A stretch of 64,000 nt of DNA, taken from contig JAAELC010000373.1 of NCBI GenBank assembly GCA_024227135.1, positions 4,162-68,161 on the forward strand, in the 5' to 3' direction. Source of the stretch: Gammaproteobacteria bacterium (GTDB lineage Bacteria; Pseudomonadota; Gammaproteobacteria; Chromatiales; Chromatiaceae). Made by a program: the position numbers and the translations under genes. Positions 1-9,095 of this stretch are shown piece after piece. Under the pieces are notes generated by a model. It ran no database searches, was not told the DNA's origin, and worked only from the letters and a program-made list of their open reading frames with translations. Each line of letters starts with the position of its first letter. Position 1 is the first letter of the stretch.

Positions 1-112
1 TTAGTCGAGTTCGTTAGGGCATCCGAATCGTTATGCGGAATCATATCTTCTCCCCGTTAGTCGAGTTCGATAGGGCATCCGAGTCGTTATGCGGAATCAT
101 GTCTTTTCCCTG
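1..112. repeat. Tandem direct repeat, 2 x 56 bp, starting at the window edge
   Basis: Copy 1 (1-56) is ttagtcgagttcgttagggcatccgaatcgttatgcggaatcatatcttctccccg. Copy 2 (57-112) is ttagtcgagttcgatagggcatccgagtcgttatgcggaatcatgtcttttccctg. There are 5 mismatches and no gaps. Copy 2 carries the stop codon and last 5 codons of the 97..543 CDS. Confidence 0.9.
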
Positions 113-543
113 TTGATCCAATCCGACAGGGTATCCGAACGCCTGTAGACGGTGCCGGTAAAAAAACCGACCAGCTTATCTTCCCCGGCTTTCACCTCGA
201 TATTATACAGACCGGTTCGACCCGTACGGCTCTGTTCCCTGGCCACGGCGGTCAGAATGTCTCCCACCCGGCTGGCAGCGGGGAAATTGATCTGTGCCGA
301 AAGGGCCACCGCCACTTTACCGTGGGAGTTGGACGCCACGGCGAAAGCAAAATCCGCCAGGCTGAAGGTGACCCCACCGTGGGTCATGCCCACGGCGTTG
401 AGCATATTTTCGGTAACTTCCATGGTTACCCGGCAAAACCCCGGTTCCACCGCTTCGAGCTGCATGCCGAGCAGGTTGGCAAACCGGTCTTCCCGCTGCA
501 TCCATTGACCGATTTCGGTTGCCTGTGAAGGATCGTCTGGCAT
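97..543 (-). CDS. PaaI / 4HBT-type hotdog-fold acyl-CoA thioesterase
   Basis: 148-aa ORF with the hotdog thioesterase core NAVGMTHGGVTFSLADFAFAVA. Only a 14-bp gap separates it from the upstream CBS gene. Confidence 0.8.
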   Translation of the reverse strand: MPDDPSQATEIGQWMQREDRFANLLGMQLEAVEPGFCRVTMEVTENMLNAVGMTHGGVTFSLADFAFAVASNSHGKVAVALSAQINFPAASRVGDILTAVAREQSRTGRTGLYNIEVKAGEDKLVGFFTGTVYRRSDTLSDWINREKT

Positions 544-557
544 GGTTCAGATTAAAA

Positions 558-1214
558 CTATTGTCCCGGAAGTTTCTCTGTGATCAGGTCGTAGCCCAGT
601 TCCTCGAGGTGATCATCCAGCTTTTCAGGGTTTTCGGCGCGGTAGCGGATGATAGCAATACGCATCCCGGTTTCATCGGGTGAAACCGGTGAAACCACGG
701 TGGCGATATACCCCCCGTATTCATTGATCTTTTTCATCAACTGGCTGAGGGCCCCGGTTTCGTCGGGCAAGTGGATCGCGATTCGAGTCGTATCGACCAG
801 GTTCGAGCCGGTAATCTCCAGCAGAAAATCCAGTATGTCATCCTCGGTGACGATACCCACCAGTTTTTTTTGCTCCAGAACCGGGAGAGCCCCTACCTTG
901 TGCTGGCGCATCATCTGCCCGGCTTCCTCCACCAGGGTGTCAGGAGAGCAGGTTACCGGGTGTTTCGCCATTACCTGATCGATAGTGATTCTGGAAGTGA
1001 GGTAGTTGACCTCTCCCACCGACAGGGTGGTGATATCGGAAGGTGCTGAACGTGCCAGTTCTTTATGACTGAAAAGCCCCAGCAGCTGGTTGTTCCCATC
1101 GACTACGGGAAGAAAGCGGCGTTTCTTTTCTGCCATCACCTTTGCGGCATGGGGGAGTTTCGTGGATGGGGTCGTCGTATCCACCGGGTGCGACATGATT
1201 TGGGAAACGTACAT
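558..1214 (-). CDS. CBS-pair protein with C-terminal ACT-like domain (AcuB-like)
   Basis: The track ORF 558..1397 would overlap livF. The internal ATG at 1214 (MYVSQIMSHPV) gives 218 aa. Two CBS motifs are present (PVVDGNNQLLGLFSHKEL and PVLEQKKLVGIVTEDDIL). Confidence 0.75.
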   Translation of the reverse strand: MYVSQIMSHPVDTTTPSTKLPHAAKVMAEKKRRFLPVVDGNNQLLGLFSHKELARSAPSDITTLSVGEVNYLTSRITIDQVMAKHPVTCSPDTLVEEAGQMMRQHKVGALPVLEQKKLVGIVTEDDILDFLLEITGSNLVDTTRIAIHLPDETGALSQLMKKINEYGGYIATVVSPVSPDETGMRIAIIRYRAENPEKLDDHLEELGYDLITEKLPGQ

Positions 1215-1269
1215 TTTGATATCCTGGTTTTCTTTGTCAGTGGCCAGCGTCAGGGGGTTGATTATAGCG

Positions 1270-1995
1270 TCAGTAGCCGAGGTAGGCTTTACGTACCGCT
1301 TCGTCCGCAAGCAACTCTTCTGCGCTGGCGGAGAGCACCACGCGGCCTGTTTCAAGCACGTATCCCCTATCGGCAATACCGAGGGCGGCCCGGGCATTCT
1401 GCTCTACCAGCAAAATGGTGACCCCCCTTTCGTTCAGTCCCTGGATCACTCGGAATATCTCTTCGACGAGTAGTGGGGCCAACCCCATCGAGGGCTCATC
1501 CAGCAGCAGCAGGCGGGGGCGTCCCAGCAGAGCGCGACCGATGGCCAGCATCTGTTGTTGTCCACCGGAAAGGGTCCCTGCGGTCTGTTTAGCTCTTTCC
1601 CGTAAAATCGGGAACAGTTCATAGATTTCGCCCAGGGTGGATTCCACCCACTCTTTTTCACCGCGGACAGCGTGAGCTCCCAGCCTGAGATTGTCATCCA
1701 CGCTCAAGGGGGGAAATACCTGTCGTCCTTCCGGAACGTGGCAGATACCGGCCCCAACGATACGGTGGGAGGCCATTCGGGTGATGGGCTGGCCATCAAA
1801 TGTAATTTCTCCACCGCTGGGAGGGAGTATTCCCGAAACCGTGTGAAGCAGTGTAGTCTTTCCTGCACCGTTGGCACCGACCATGGCCACCAGTTCTCCC
1901 TGGTTTACCTCCAGTGACACCTGATGCAGTGCCTGTATTGGTCCGTATCGGGTGGACAGGTTCTCTATGCTCAGCAGCGGTTCGTTACATGGCAT
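1270..1995 (-). CDS. livF: Branched-chain amino acid ABC transporter ATP-binding protein LivF
   Basis: Walker A GANGAGKTT, ABC signature LSGGQQQML, Walker B LLLLDEPSMGL. It is the last gene of the liv-type operon and overlaps livG by 11 bp. Confidence 0.9.
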   Translation of the reverse strand: MPCNEPLLSIENLSTRYGPIQALHQVSLEVNQGELVAMVGANGAGKTTLLHTVSGILPPSGGEITFDGQPITRMASHRIVGAGICHVPEGRQVFPPLSVDDNLRLGAHAVRGEKEWVESTLGEIYELFPILRERAKQTAGTLSGGQQQMLAIGRALLGRPRLLLLDEPSMGLAPLLVEEIFRVIQGLNERGVTILLVEQNARAALGIADRGYVLETGRVVLSASAEELLADEAVRKAYLGY

Positions 1996-2767
1996 ACTTC
2001 ACCTCACCGCCCAGGTAGGCTTCCACCACCTTTCGGTCTTTCTGAATTTCGGTGGGTGTTCCTTCTGCCAGACGGCTGCCGTAATCGAGTACCAGAATCC
2101 GGTCGGATACCTGCATCACCAGTCCCATGTTGTGTTCTACGAGCAGCACGGTGATACCCGCCTCGCAGATGCGCCGGATGAGGGCCTGCATTTCCATCGT
2201 CTCGGTGTCATTGAGGCCCGCCGCCGGTTCATCCATCAGCAGCAGTTTGGGTTGCACCGCCAGAGCGCGGGCAATTTCGAGACGTTTCAGTACGCCGTAA
2301 GGAAGCGAGCCGGCCTCGTGGCCTATGTATCGGTCCAGACTGCACATGGCCAGCGCCTGGCGTGCCCACTCCCGGGACTCCCGCTCTTCTCTTTTAACCC
2401 CCGGCAGCCGCAGCGCGGCACTCAGAAGTCCGGTACGGGTGCGTAAATGGCAACCCACCATGACGTTGTCCAGCACGCTCATGTTGAAAAACATCTGCAA
2501 ATTCTGAAAGGTACGTGAGACCCCCAGGGCAGCTACCTGATGGGGCTGGATACCGACAATATCGTTGCTCTGGAATCGGATGGCTCCTTCGTCCGGCTGG
2601 TAAATACCCGAGAGCATATTGAAAAGGGTGGTCTTACCGGCGCCATTGGGGCCGATGACCGAGTAGACGTTGCCGGGAGGCACATCGAAGCTGAGTCCGG
2701 CTATGGCGGTGACGCCACCGAATGACTTGGTCAACTCTTCGACTTCCAGTAGCTTCATGGTCGTCAT
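1985..2767 (-). CDS. livG: Branched-chain amino acid ABC transporter ATP-binding protein LivG
   Basis: The track ORF extends to 3268 but that part overlaps livM. The ATG at 2767 (MTTMKLLEVEELTKSFGG) overlaps the livM stop as ATGA. Walker A GPNGAGKTT and Walker B LLLMDEPAAGL are present. Confidence 0.9.
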   Translation of the reverse strand: MTTMKLLEVEELTKSFGGVTAIAGLSFDVPPGNVYSVIGPNGAGKTTLFNMLSGIYQPDEGAIRFQSNDIVGIQPHQVAALGVSRTFQNLQMFFNMSVLDNVMVGCHLRTRTGLLSAALRLPGVKREERESREWARQALAMCSLDRYIGHEAGSLPYGVLKRLEIARALAVQPKLLLMDEPAAGLNDTETMEMQALIRRICEAGITVLLVEHNMGLVMQVSDRILVLDYGSRLAEGTPTEIQKDRKVVEAYLGGEVKYAM

Positions 2768-3735
2768 TCGCCCGGGGTATCCGCGATCGGCGATTCCCGT
2801 CGGGTCAGCCGGCGCCGAAACGGCGTCTGCAGTCCGACAAATATGCCCTGGGGGAGAAAGATCATCATCAACATGAGGATTGCTCCGAATATCATCACTT
2901 CGAAGTCCTCGAATACCACCAGCAATTCCGGCAGGAAAGTGAGCACAACGGCTCCGAACACCGCGCCATAGGTTGAAGCCATACCGCCGAGCACGACCAT
3001 GGTCACCAGTTCGATAGAGAAGAAAAAGCTGAAGGAATCCGGGCTGATGAAGGACTGCTGGTGGGAGAAGAGACTGCCGGCCAGGGAAGCGGTCAACGCT
3101 GCCAGAACGAATACCCCGGTTTTGGTCGCGGTGGTATTGATCCCCATCATTTCTGCAGCCACTTCTGAACCGTGGAGTGCACGCAGGGCCCGTCCACTGC
3201 GGGAATCGATAATGTTGAGTGCTATCCAGACTGTTCCCAGCATGGTCGCTCCCATGACCCAGTACCATCGCAGGTCGGTATCCAGTGCCCAGCCGAAAAG
3301 AGACAGGGTCGGGATATCGCCGAGTCCGTCCGGTCCACCGGTAAAATCGCCGGCCTGCACCAGTACGATGTTGGCGATGATGCCCAGGCCGAGGGTCGCC
3401 ATGGCAAGATAATGTCCTTTCAGGCGCAGGATGGGACGTGAGACCAGAAATGCGATCGAGCCGGTCAAAGCGATGCCCACCACAATGGCAGCCCAGGGAT
3501 CCCAGCCATAGCGTGTGGTGAGAATGGCCGAAGTGTAGGCGCCGATACCGAAGAAGGCGGCGTGTCCAAGGGAGATCTGGCCCGCATAGCCCATCAGCAG
3601 ATTGAGCCCGACCGCCAGAATAGCGTGGAGCAGGGCTGTGACCCCGACCACGGTGACGTAGTAATTATCCGGGAAAATGATCGGAAGCAGCACGACCAGG
3701 GCCGCCAGCAGGTAGAATCCGGAAAGTCGTTTCAT
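2764..3735 (-). CDS. livM: Branched-chain amino acid ABC transporter permease LivM
   Basis: 323-aa polytopic membrane ORF (LLMGYAGQISLGHAAFFGIGAY) between livH and livG. It overlaps both neighbours by 4 bp. Confidence 0.88.
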   Translation of the reverse strand: MKRLSGFYLLAALVVLLPIIFPDNYYVTVVGVTALLHAILAVGLNLLMGYAGQISLGHAAFFGIGAYTSAILTTRYGWDPWAAIVVGIALTGSIAFLVSRPILRLKGHYLAMATLGLGIIANIVLVQAGDFTGGPDGLGDIPTLSLFGWALDTDLRWYWVMGATMLGTVWIALNIIDSRSGRALRALHGSEVAAEMMGINTTATKTGVFVLAALTASLAGSLFSHQQSFISPDSFSFFFSIELVTMVVLGGMASTYGAVFGAVVLTFLPELLVVFEDFEVMIFGAILMLMMIFLPQGIFVGLQTPFRRRLTRRESPIADTPGE

Positions 3736-4613
3736 ACCCGCTCCGCCGTGGCTTTACCAAACAGCCCGCTGGGACGGAAAAAAAGTACCAGCAGAAGGAT
3801 GATGAAGCCGATGGCATCTTTGTAGCCGGAAGATATCAATCCGGCTGACAGGGATTCGATCAATCCCAGAAGCACCCCGCCGGCAACAGCCCCCATGGGA
3901 TTGCCGAAACCACCGAGTATGGCGGCGGAAAACCCCTTGAGTCCCAGCATGACACCCGCATCATAGGAAGTGAACGTGATGGGAGTCACCAGAAGGCCGG
4001 CCATCGCCCCCAGAAATGCAGACAGCCCGTAGGCAATCATCATCATCTTACCCACGTTGATTCCCACCAGCTGGGCAGCGGTGCGATTGCAGGAGCAGGC
4101 CAGAATCGCCTTGCCCTGGTGGGTATGGTTAAAAAACCAGTGCACACCGATGACCAGCAGGGCAGCCCCCCCCATAACCCATAGATTCTGGGGCAGAAGC
4201 GTGGCATTACCAATATGAATGGGTTGTTCCCCTGAGAAATGGGGTAGCGCGAAGATATCTTTGCCCCACAGCAGCAGTGCCACACCCCGGAGAAAGATGG
4301 AGGCACCGATAGTGATGATGATGGTGGTCACCACCGAAGCGCCCTTCGCAGGCGCGATCGCAAATCGCTGCAGCATGATGCCCACCCCGATGGTCAACAG
4401 AATGGCCAGGGGCAGAGCGAGGAATGGGGACAGGCCGTTTTCCCCCGCGGACATCGCGATGGCACTCATTGCACCTATCATCACGAACTCACCCTGGGCG
4501 AAATTCACCACGTCCGAGGCGTTGTAAATGATGGAAAATCCCAGGGCGACCAGGGCATAGGTGGCGCCCACGGTTATCCCGGTGAGTACAAATTGAAGGA
4601 TCTGGTCCAACAT
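3732..4613 (-). CDS. livH: Branched-chain amino acid ABC transporter permease LivH
   Basis: 293-aa membrane ORF with a LivH-like N-terminus (LTGITVGATYALVALGFSIIYNASDVVNFAQGEF). Confidence 0.88.
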   Translation of the reverse strand: MLDQILQFVLTGITVGATYALVALGFSIIYNASDVVNFAQGEFVMIGAMSAIAMSAGENGLSPFLALPLAILLTIGVGIMLQRFAIAPAKGASVVTTIIITIGASIFLRGVALLLWGKDIFALPHFSGEQPIHIGNATLLPQNLWVMGGAALLVIGVHWFFNHTHQGKAILACSCNRTAAQLVGINVGKMMMIAYGLSAFLGAMAGLLVTPITFTSYDAGVMLGLKGFSAAILGGFGNPMGAVAGGVLLGLIESLSAGLISSGYKDAIGFIILLLVLFFRPSGLFGKATAERV

Positions 4614-4667
4614 GGGTTCGGTAGCCTCGTAGGAGCGGGATCCCCCGCTCCTGCGGTATGTGCCTGC

Positions 4668-5813
4668 TTACTGGACGATGGTCCAGTCACCGTTTTTGAT
4701 CTCAAGCATTTTGAATGCATCGAGGCTCAGCCCAAGGTGGTCCCGGGGGCTCATGTTGTAGACACCACCGGTTCCAATGAATCCCTGGGTTTTCTCGATC
4801 TGGTCCCGTACTTTCTCTTTGTCGGTCGAACCCGCACGGTCGATGGCTTCCAGGGCGATGTGCAGCCCGTCGTAGGCATGACCGCCGAAGGTGGAGACGG
4901 GGCCGAATTTTGCCTCGAATTTACGTTTGTAGTCGAGCAGTACCGGTTTCTGGGGATCCGTGTCCGGCAGCATCTCAGCCACCAGGAGAGCAGCGGCAGG
5001 CAGGCGCACGCCTTCTGCCGAATCACCCGCCAGATCGATGTATTTTTTGGAGGCCACCCCATGGGACTGATAGAGCGGAAGCGTGATGCCGAGTTGGCGT
5101 ACGTTCTTGGTTACGATGGCAGGACCGGTCCCGAATCCAAAGTTAAGGATTGCCTGGGCATCGGTATCCCGTATTTTGGTCAGCTGAGCGGTCATATCCG
5201 TATCTTTCTTACCGTAGGACTCGTCGGATACAATTTCGATGCCGTACTGGGGGGCCAGCGCCAGGCTCTGGGTCCGACCTGACTTACCAAAGCCGCCGCT
5301 GCCGCTGATGAGCGCTACCTTGGAGATACCGCGCCGTTTCATATCGCCGAATATCTTTGCGGCCGCCATGGCATCGGTGTGGGGCATCTTGAAGGTCCAG
5401 CGTTTGACCGGTTTGATGATTTTGACCGAGCCTGCCAGAGAGATGAAGGGCATGCCTGCCTTATCTACCAGGGGCATGACGGCCAGGGTGGAACCCGAGG
5501 TGGAGCCACCGATAATCAAGTCCACTTTATCCTTTTGGATCAATCGTTTGGCAAAGCTGACGGATTTCTTTGGGTTGCCGCCGGTATCGTAGTGGACCAG
5601 CTCTATCTGCTTTCCATTGACACCGCCGCCGGCATTGATCTCCCCAATGTACAGTTGCAGGGTCTTGAGTTCCGGATCTCCCAGGAAGGAGGCCCCTCCG
5701 GTGACCGCCAGAAAACTACCTATCTTGATGGAATCAGCTGCCACTGTCTGTCCGGCTGCCAGGCTAAGCAGAATGCCGGCAGCTATCGTGGACAAGGTTT
5801 TGCGAATGTTCAT
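4668..5813 (-). CDS. livK: Periplasmic branched-chain amino acid-binding protein (LivK/LivJ family, type I PBP)
   Basis: 381 aa with a signal peptide (LLSLAAGQTVAADS). It has the IKIGSFLAVTGGASFLGDPE start typical of Leu/Ile/Val-binding proteins and is the first gene of the liv cluster. Confidence 0.8.
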   Translation of the reverse strand: MNIRKTLSTIAAGILLSLAAGQTVAADSIKIGSFLAVTGGASFLGDPELKTLQLYIGEINAGGGVNGKQIELVHYDTGGNPKKSVSFAKRLIQKDKVDLIIGGSTSGSTLAVMPLVDKAGMPFISLAGSVKIIKPVKRWTFKMPHTDAMAAAKIFGDMKRRGISKVALISGSGGFGKSGRTQSLALAPQYGIEIVSDESYGKKDTDMTAQLTKIRDTDAQAILNFGFGTGPAIVTKNVRQLGITLPLYQSHGVASKKYIDLAGDSAEGVRLPAAALLVAEMLPDTDPQKPVLLDYKRKFEAKFGPVSTFGGHAYDGLHIALEAIDRAGSTDKEKVRDQIEKTQGFIGTGGVYNMSPRDHLGLSLDAFKMLEIKNGDWTIVQ

Positions 5814-6161
5814 GGGGTTATCCTCTCTTCTGTTTCAGCGAGTTATGTCTCGTTATTTTCTTGTATACCGCCGGCTTCATGACCGGCCTCGTGCCTGTTG
5901 ATAATCAGGCGTCAACCGGCATTCCCAACCGGCTTGAGCAGGGTTTTCGGGAAGGAAACTAATCTCTTTCCCAGTTGTCCTGCCAAAATAAAACAGGGAT
6001 TTTAAAGGGAATTGTGACCTGAGCAAAGCGATTATCCCAGAAAGCCCGGTTGTTTGACGTTGGAAGCGTAAGATTGACAGGGGTAACGGGCTCAATACCC
6101 GGCTGTTTCCCCCGCTGTTCCGGGCCGGTTTTCGTTCCAGGATCGGGGGTGCCCTGAAACA

Positions 6162-6188
6162 GGAAAAGCCCCGGAATACGGGGCCTTA
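6162..6188 (-). terminator. Intrinsic terminator downstream of rpoH
   Basis: Minus-sense sequence is GGCCCCG-uauuc-CGGGGC followed by UUUUCC, about 85 nt after the rpoH stop. Confidence 0.7.
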
Positions 6189-6273
6189 TTCTGTGTCAGG
6201 GTTTGTCTGTGCCTGAGAAACGCACGCTGCAACTGCGCGGTGCAGGTCCCTTGCTATTCCCTCGGGCCGGAGA

Positions 6274-7134
6274 TCATGCAGTGAGCATCAACTGGCTTTT
6301 TATTTTGTTCATCGCGGTTTTTTCCACCTGGCGGATACGTTCCGCCGATACGCCATACCGTTTTGCCAGCTCGTGAAGGGTGGCTTTTTTCTCCGACAGC
6401 CAGCGTGCTTCCAATATCGCCCGGCTGCGCTCATCCAGTCCTTCGAGAGCCGCGTAAAGCTGGCTTTTCTCACTTTCCTCGGTATCCTGCCTTTCCAGGC
6501 AGGTGGCCGGTTCCATCCGCATGTCAGGCAGATACGCGGAGGGTGCGGAGGGTGCCCTGTCACCACCGTCCGGGCCGGTTCCGGTATCGAAGCCAAGATC
6601 GTGATTGCCCAGGCGTGACTCCATCTCCACCACGGTTTCCGGTTTTACGCCCAGCGCTTCGGCCACATCTTCGACTTCCTGCCGGGTGAACCAGCCCAGG
6701 CGTTTCTTCGAGCTTCGCAGGTTAAAAAACAGTTTTCTCTGGGATTTCGTCGTGGCTACTTTGACAATACGCCAATTACGGAGCACGAATTCGTGGATTT
6801 CCGCCTTGATCCAGTGCACCGCGAAAGACACCAGCCTTACGCCGATATCCGGGTTGAACCGTTTGACCGCTTTCATCAGTCCCACGGTTCCCTCCTGGAT
6901 GAGGTCGGGCAATGCCAGTCCGTATCCTGAGTACCCGCGGGCAATCTTTACCACGAACCGGAGGTGGGACATCACCAGCTGGCGGGCGGCCTCCATATCA
7001 TTATCGTCACGCAGGCTGACGGCCAGATCGTGCTCTTCCTCAGCGGTGAGCATCGGTAGCTGGTAAATAGCACTGATGTATGACTCGATATTGCCTGTCG
7101 GCAGGTTATTTCTGATTGCAAGTTCGTTGCTCAT
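6274..7134 (-). CDS. rpoH: RNA polymerase heat-shock sigma factor sigma-32
   Basis: 286 aa containing the RpoH box QRKLFFNLR. Sigma-70 family regions 2 and 4 are present, and the gene lies downstream of ftsYEX as in other gammaproteobacteria. Confidence 0.95.
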   Translation of the reverse strand: MSNELAIRNNLPTGNIESYISAIYQLPMLTAEEEHDLAVSLRDDNDMEAARQLVMSHLRFVVKIARGYSGYGLALPDLIQEGTVGLMKAVKRFNPDIGVRLVSFAVHWIKAEIHEFVLRNWRIVKVATTKSQRKLFFNLRSSKKRLGWFTRQEVEDVAEALGVKPETVVEMESRLGNHDLGFDTGTGPDGGDRAPSAPSAYLPDMRMEPATCLERQDTEESEKSQLYAALEGLDERSRAILEARWLSEKKATLHELAKRYGVSAERIRQVEKTAMNKIKSQLMLTA

Positions 7135-7214
7135 TCATTAAATCCCACTAAATTACTCCGATATAATATTAGCACTCTCGATTGGTGAGTGCCAGTATTT
7201 TCAGCGGCCACACT

Positions 7215-7243
7215 CTGAGAGTCCTGAAGGGGCGGAAAGTTCC
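7215..7243 (-). promoter_or_regulatory. Candidate sigma-E (RpoE/AlgU)-type promoter for rpoH
   Basis: Minus-sense GGAACTT, a 16-nt spacer, then TCTCAG, roughly 80 nt upstream of the rpoH ATG. This fits the sigma-E pattern (GGAACTT-N16-TCNNA) known for rpoH P3 in E. coli. Confidence 0.45.
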
Positions 7244-7423
7244 GGGCCAGCGGGGTTTTTTCGGGTCTGAATTCAAACGGGGGATGTACCGGATGGAGCG
7301 GAGTTGACCCCCTCTCTTCCCATGCTCCCGGTTCGCACGGTACTTGCTGCCGTTGGTTTCAGGATGGCCGGGGCAGTTTGTCAGGGGAGTCCGGCTGAAA
7401 GACAGGGACGGGAAGGTCGCTGA

Positions 7424-8398
7424 TCATTGGGGTTCAATTTCGTGGAGGTGTCGGCCTACGGCGACCCAGGATCCTGCGAGACCCAGCAGCGTACTGCCTC
7501 CGATCAGGGCCACTACCGTGTGGAAATCCGGTCCGGAAAGCACAAAGGCGCTATTGTAGAGACCGGCCAGTTTGTCAACCGGCGAATCGAGCAAACCGAT
7601 TGCCAGGGTCACCAGAACCCAGGCCAGAACGCCGCCAAACAGGCCATACCAGATACCTGCATAAAGGAAGGGCCGGCGAATGAATGCGTTGGTTCCCCCA
7701 ATCAGTTTAATGATTTCGATTTCCGAGTGGCGATTCTGAATTTCCAGCCGAATGGTATTGACCACGATCAGCAACACCGCCAGGCTCAGCAGGGAGGCAA
7801 GCACCGCTACTGTGCGCCGTGCTATATCTGTGATGGCATGAAAACGCTGCACCCACTGTAGATCCAGTTGGGCCAGTGCCACCAGGGGCATGTTTTGCAG
7901 CTCTGTAAGAAGGGTCCGGGCCGCTTCGGGGGTATTTCGGTCGCTGGCGGGCTCCACCACGATGACCTCCGGAAGCGGATTTTCTCCCAGTGCCTCAAGG
8001 GCATCGGCAAAACCGCTCAGGCGCTGAAACTCCTGCAGTGCCTGGTTTTTGTCGATCAGGCTGACATGGGTGATTCCCGGTTTCAGGTTCAACTGCCGGG
8101 CCAGGCCCGCCGCTGCTTCGTGAGAGGCTTCCTGATGCAGAAAAAGTGAAATAGTAGCGGTTCCATCCCAGCTGCCACCCAGTTCCTGGATGTTTTCCAG
8201 CAGCAGATGCAGTCCGGTGGGCAAAGCGATGGCTATTCCAATCACCGCGGTTGTCATCAACGATGAGAGCGGCGCACGGACATATCGGCCCAGGCTGGAG
8301 AGCGCTACCTGAAGATGGCGCGCCAGCCAGGTGTGGAGCTGCACACGGTTTCTGCGGCTCATCTTGGCGGATTTTTTACGACGTCTCTCCAGGATCAT
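7424..8398 (-). CDS. ftsX: Cell division ABC transporter permease FtsX
   Basis: 324 aa with four TM segments and an FtsX-type periplasmic loop. It overlaps ftsE by 4 bp. Confidence 0.9.
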   Translation of the reverse strand: MILERRRKKSAKMSRRNRVQLHTWLARHLQVALSSLGRYVRAPLSSLMTTAVIGIAIALPTGLHLLLENIQELGGSWDGTATISLFLHQEASHEAAAGLARQLNLKPGITHVSLIDKNQALQEFQRLSGFADALEALGENPLPEVIVVEPASDRNTPEAARTLLTELQNMPLVALAQLDLQWVQRFHAITDIARRTVAVLASLLSLAVLLIVVNTIRLEIQNRHSEIEIIKLIGGTNAFIRRPFLYAGIWYGLFGGVLAWVLVTLAIGLLDSPVDKLAGLYNSAFVLSGPDFHTVVALIGGSTLLGLAGSWVAVGRHLHEIEPQ

Positions 8399-9066
8399 GA
8401 CGTGGCAGGCCTGTCCTGGCTCAGCTGTGCCTGGTCAAGGACCAGGGTGCGCTTGTTCAGCCGGCTGATCAATTCCAGGTCGTGGGTGGCGATCAGCAGG
8501 GTGACGCCGACCTGGTTGAACTGGCCGAACAGGTCGATGATTTCCCGGGAGAGTTCCGGATCCAGGTTTCCTGTGGGTTCGTCGGCGAGTACCACAGGGG
8601 GTTTGCTGACCACGGCACGGGCAATACCTACACGCTGTTGTTCGCCGCCGGACAGGGTCACCGGATAGGCCTTTTCCTTGCGCAGCAACCCTACCTTGTC
8701 CAGCGCGGCCCTGACCCTTCGGCTCGTTTCAGCATGCCCTAAACCTGCAACGATCATGGGCATGGCCACGTTGTCGAATACTGTTCTGTCATGCAGCAGT
8801 CTGTGGTCCTGGAAAATCATGCCGACTTCCCGGCGATGATAGGGTATTTCCCGTTTCTTCAGCCGGGTCAGATTTCTGCCGCCCACCCGTACCTGCCCCC
8901 GGCTGCTGCGCTCCAGTAACCCGATGAGTTTCAGGAGGGTACTCTTACCGGCACCCGAGTGACCGGTCAGAAACACCATCTCACCCGGCTCGATATGGAA
9001 GCTGACGTTGCTCAGTCCCTTGTGCCCGCCCGGATAGCTCTTGGAGACGTTATCGAATGAAATCAT
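8395..9066 (-). CDS. ftsE: Cell division ATP-binding protein FtsE
   Basis: 223 aa with Walker A GHSGAGKST, signature LSGGEQQRV and Walker B VVLADEPTGNLD. Confidence 0.92.
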   Translation of the reverse strand: MISFDNVSKSYPGGHKGLSNVSFHIEPGEMVFLTGHSGAGKSTLLKLIGLLERSSRGQVRVGGRNLTRLKKREIPYHRREVGMIFQDHRLLHDRTVFDNVAMPMIVAGLGHAETSRRVRAALDKVGLLRKEKAYPVTLSGGEQQRVGIARAVVSKPPVVLADEPTGNLDPELSREIIDLFGQFNQVGVTLLIATHDLELISRLNKRTLVLDQAQLSQDRPATS

Positions 9067-9095
9067 CTGTACTTGTCGGGAAATGTCCCCGATCC

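Noticed and set aside
1985-3268. N-terminally over-extended track ORFs: 1985..3268, 558..1397, 23801..24451, 58088..59596, 59627..60829, 10107..11630 and 38039..39040.
   Set aside because: The extensions overlap the upstream gene or are Arg/Pro-rich junk. Internal ATGs give canonical protein N-termini, RBSs or ATGA coupling, so shorter coordinates were used.
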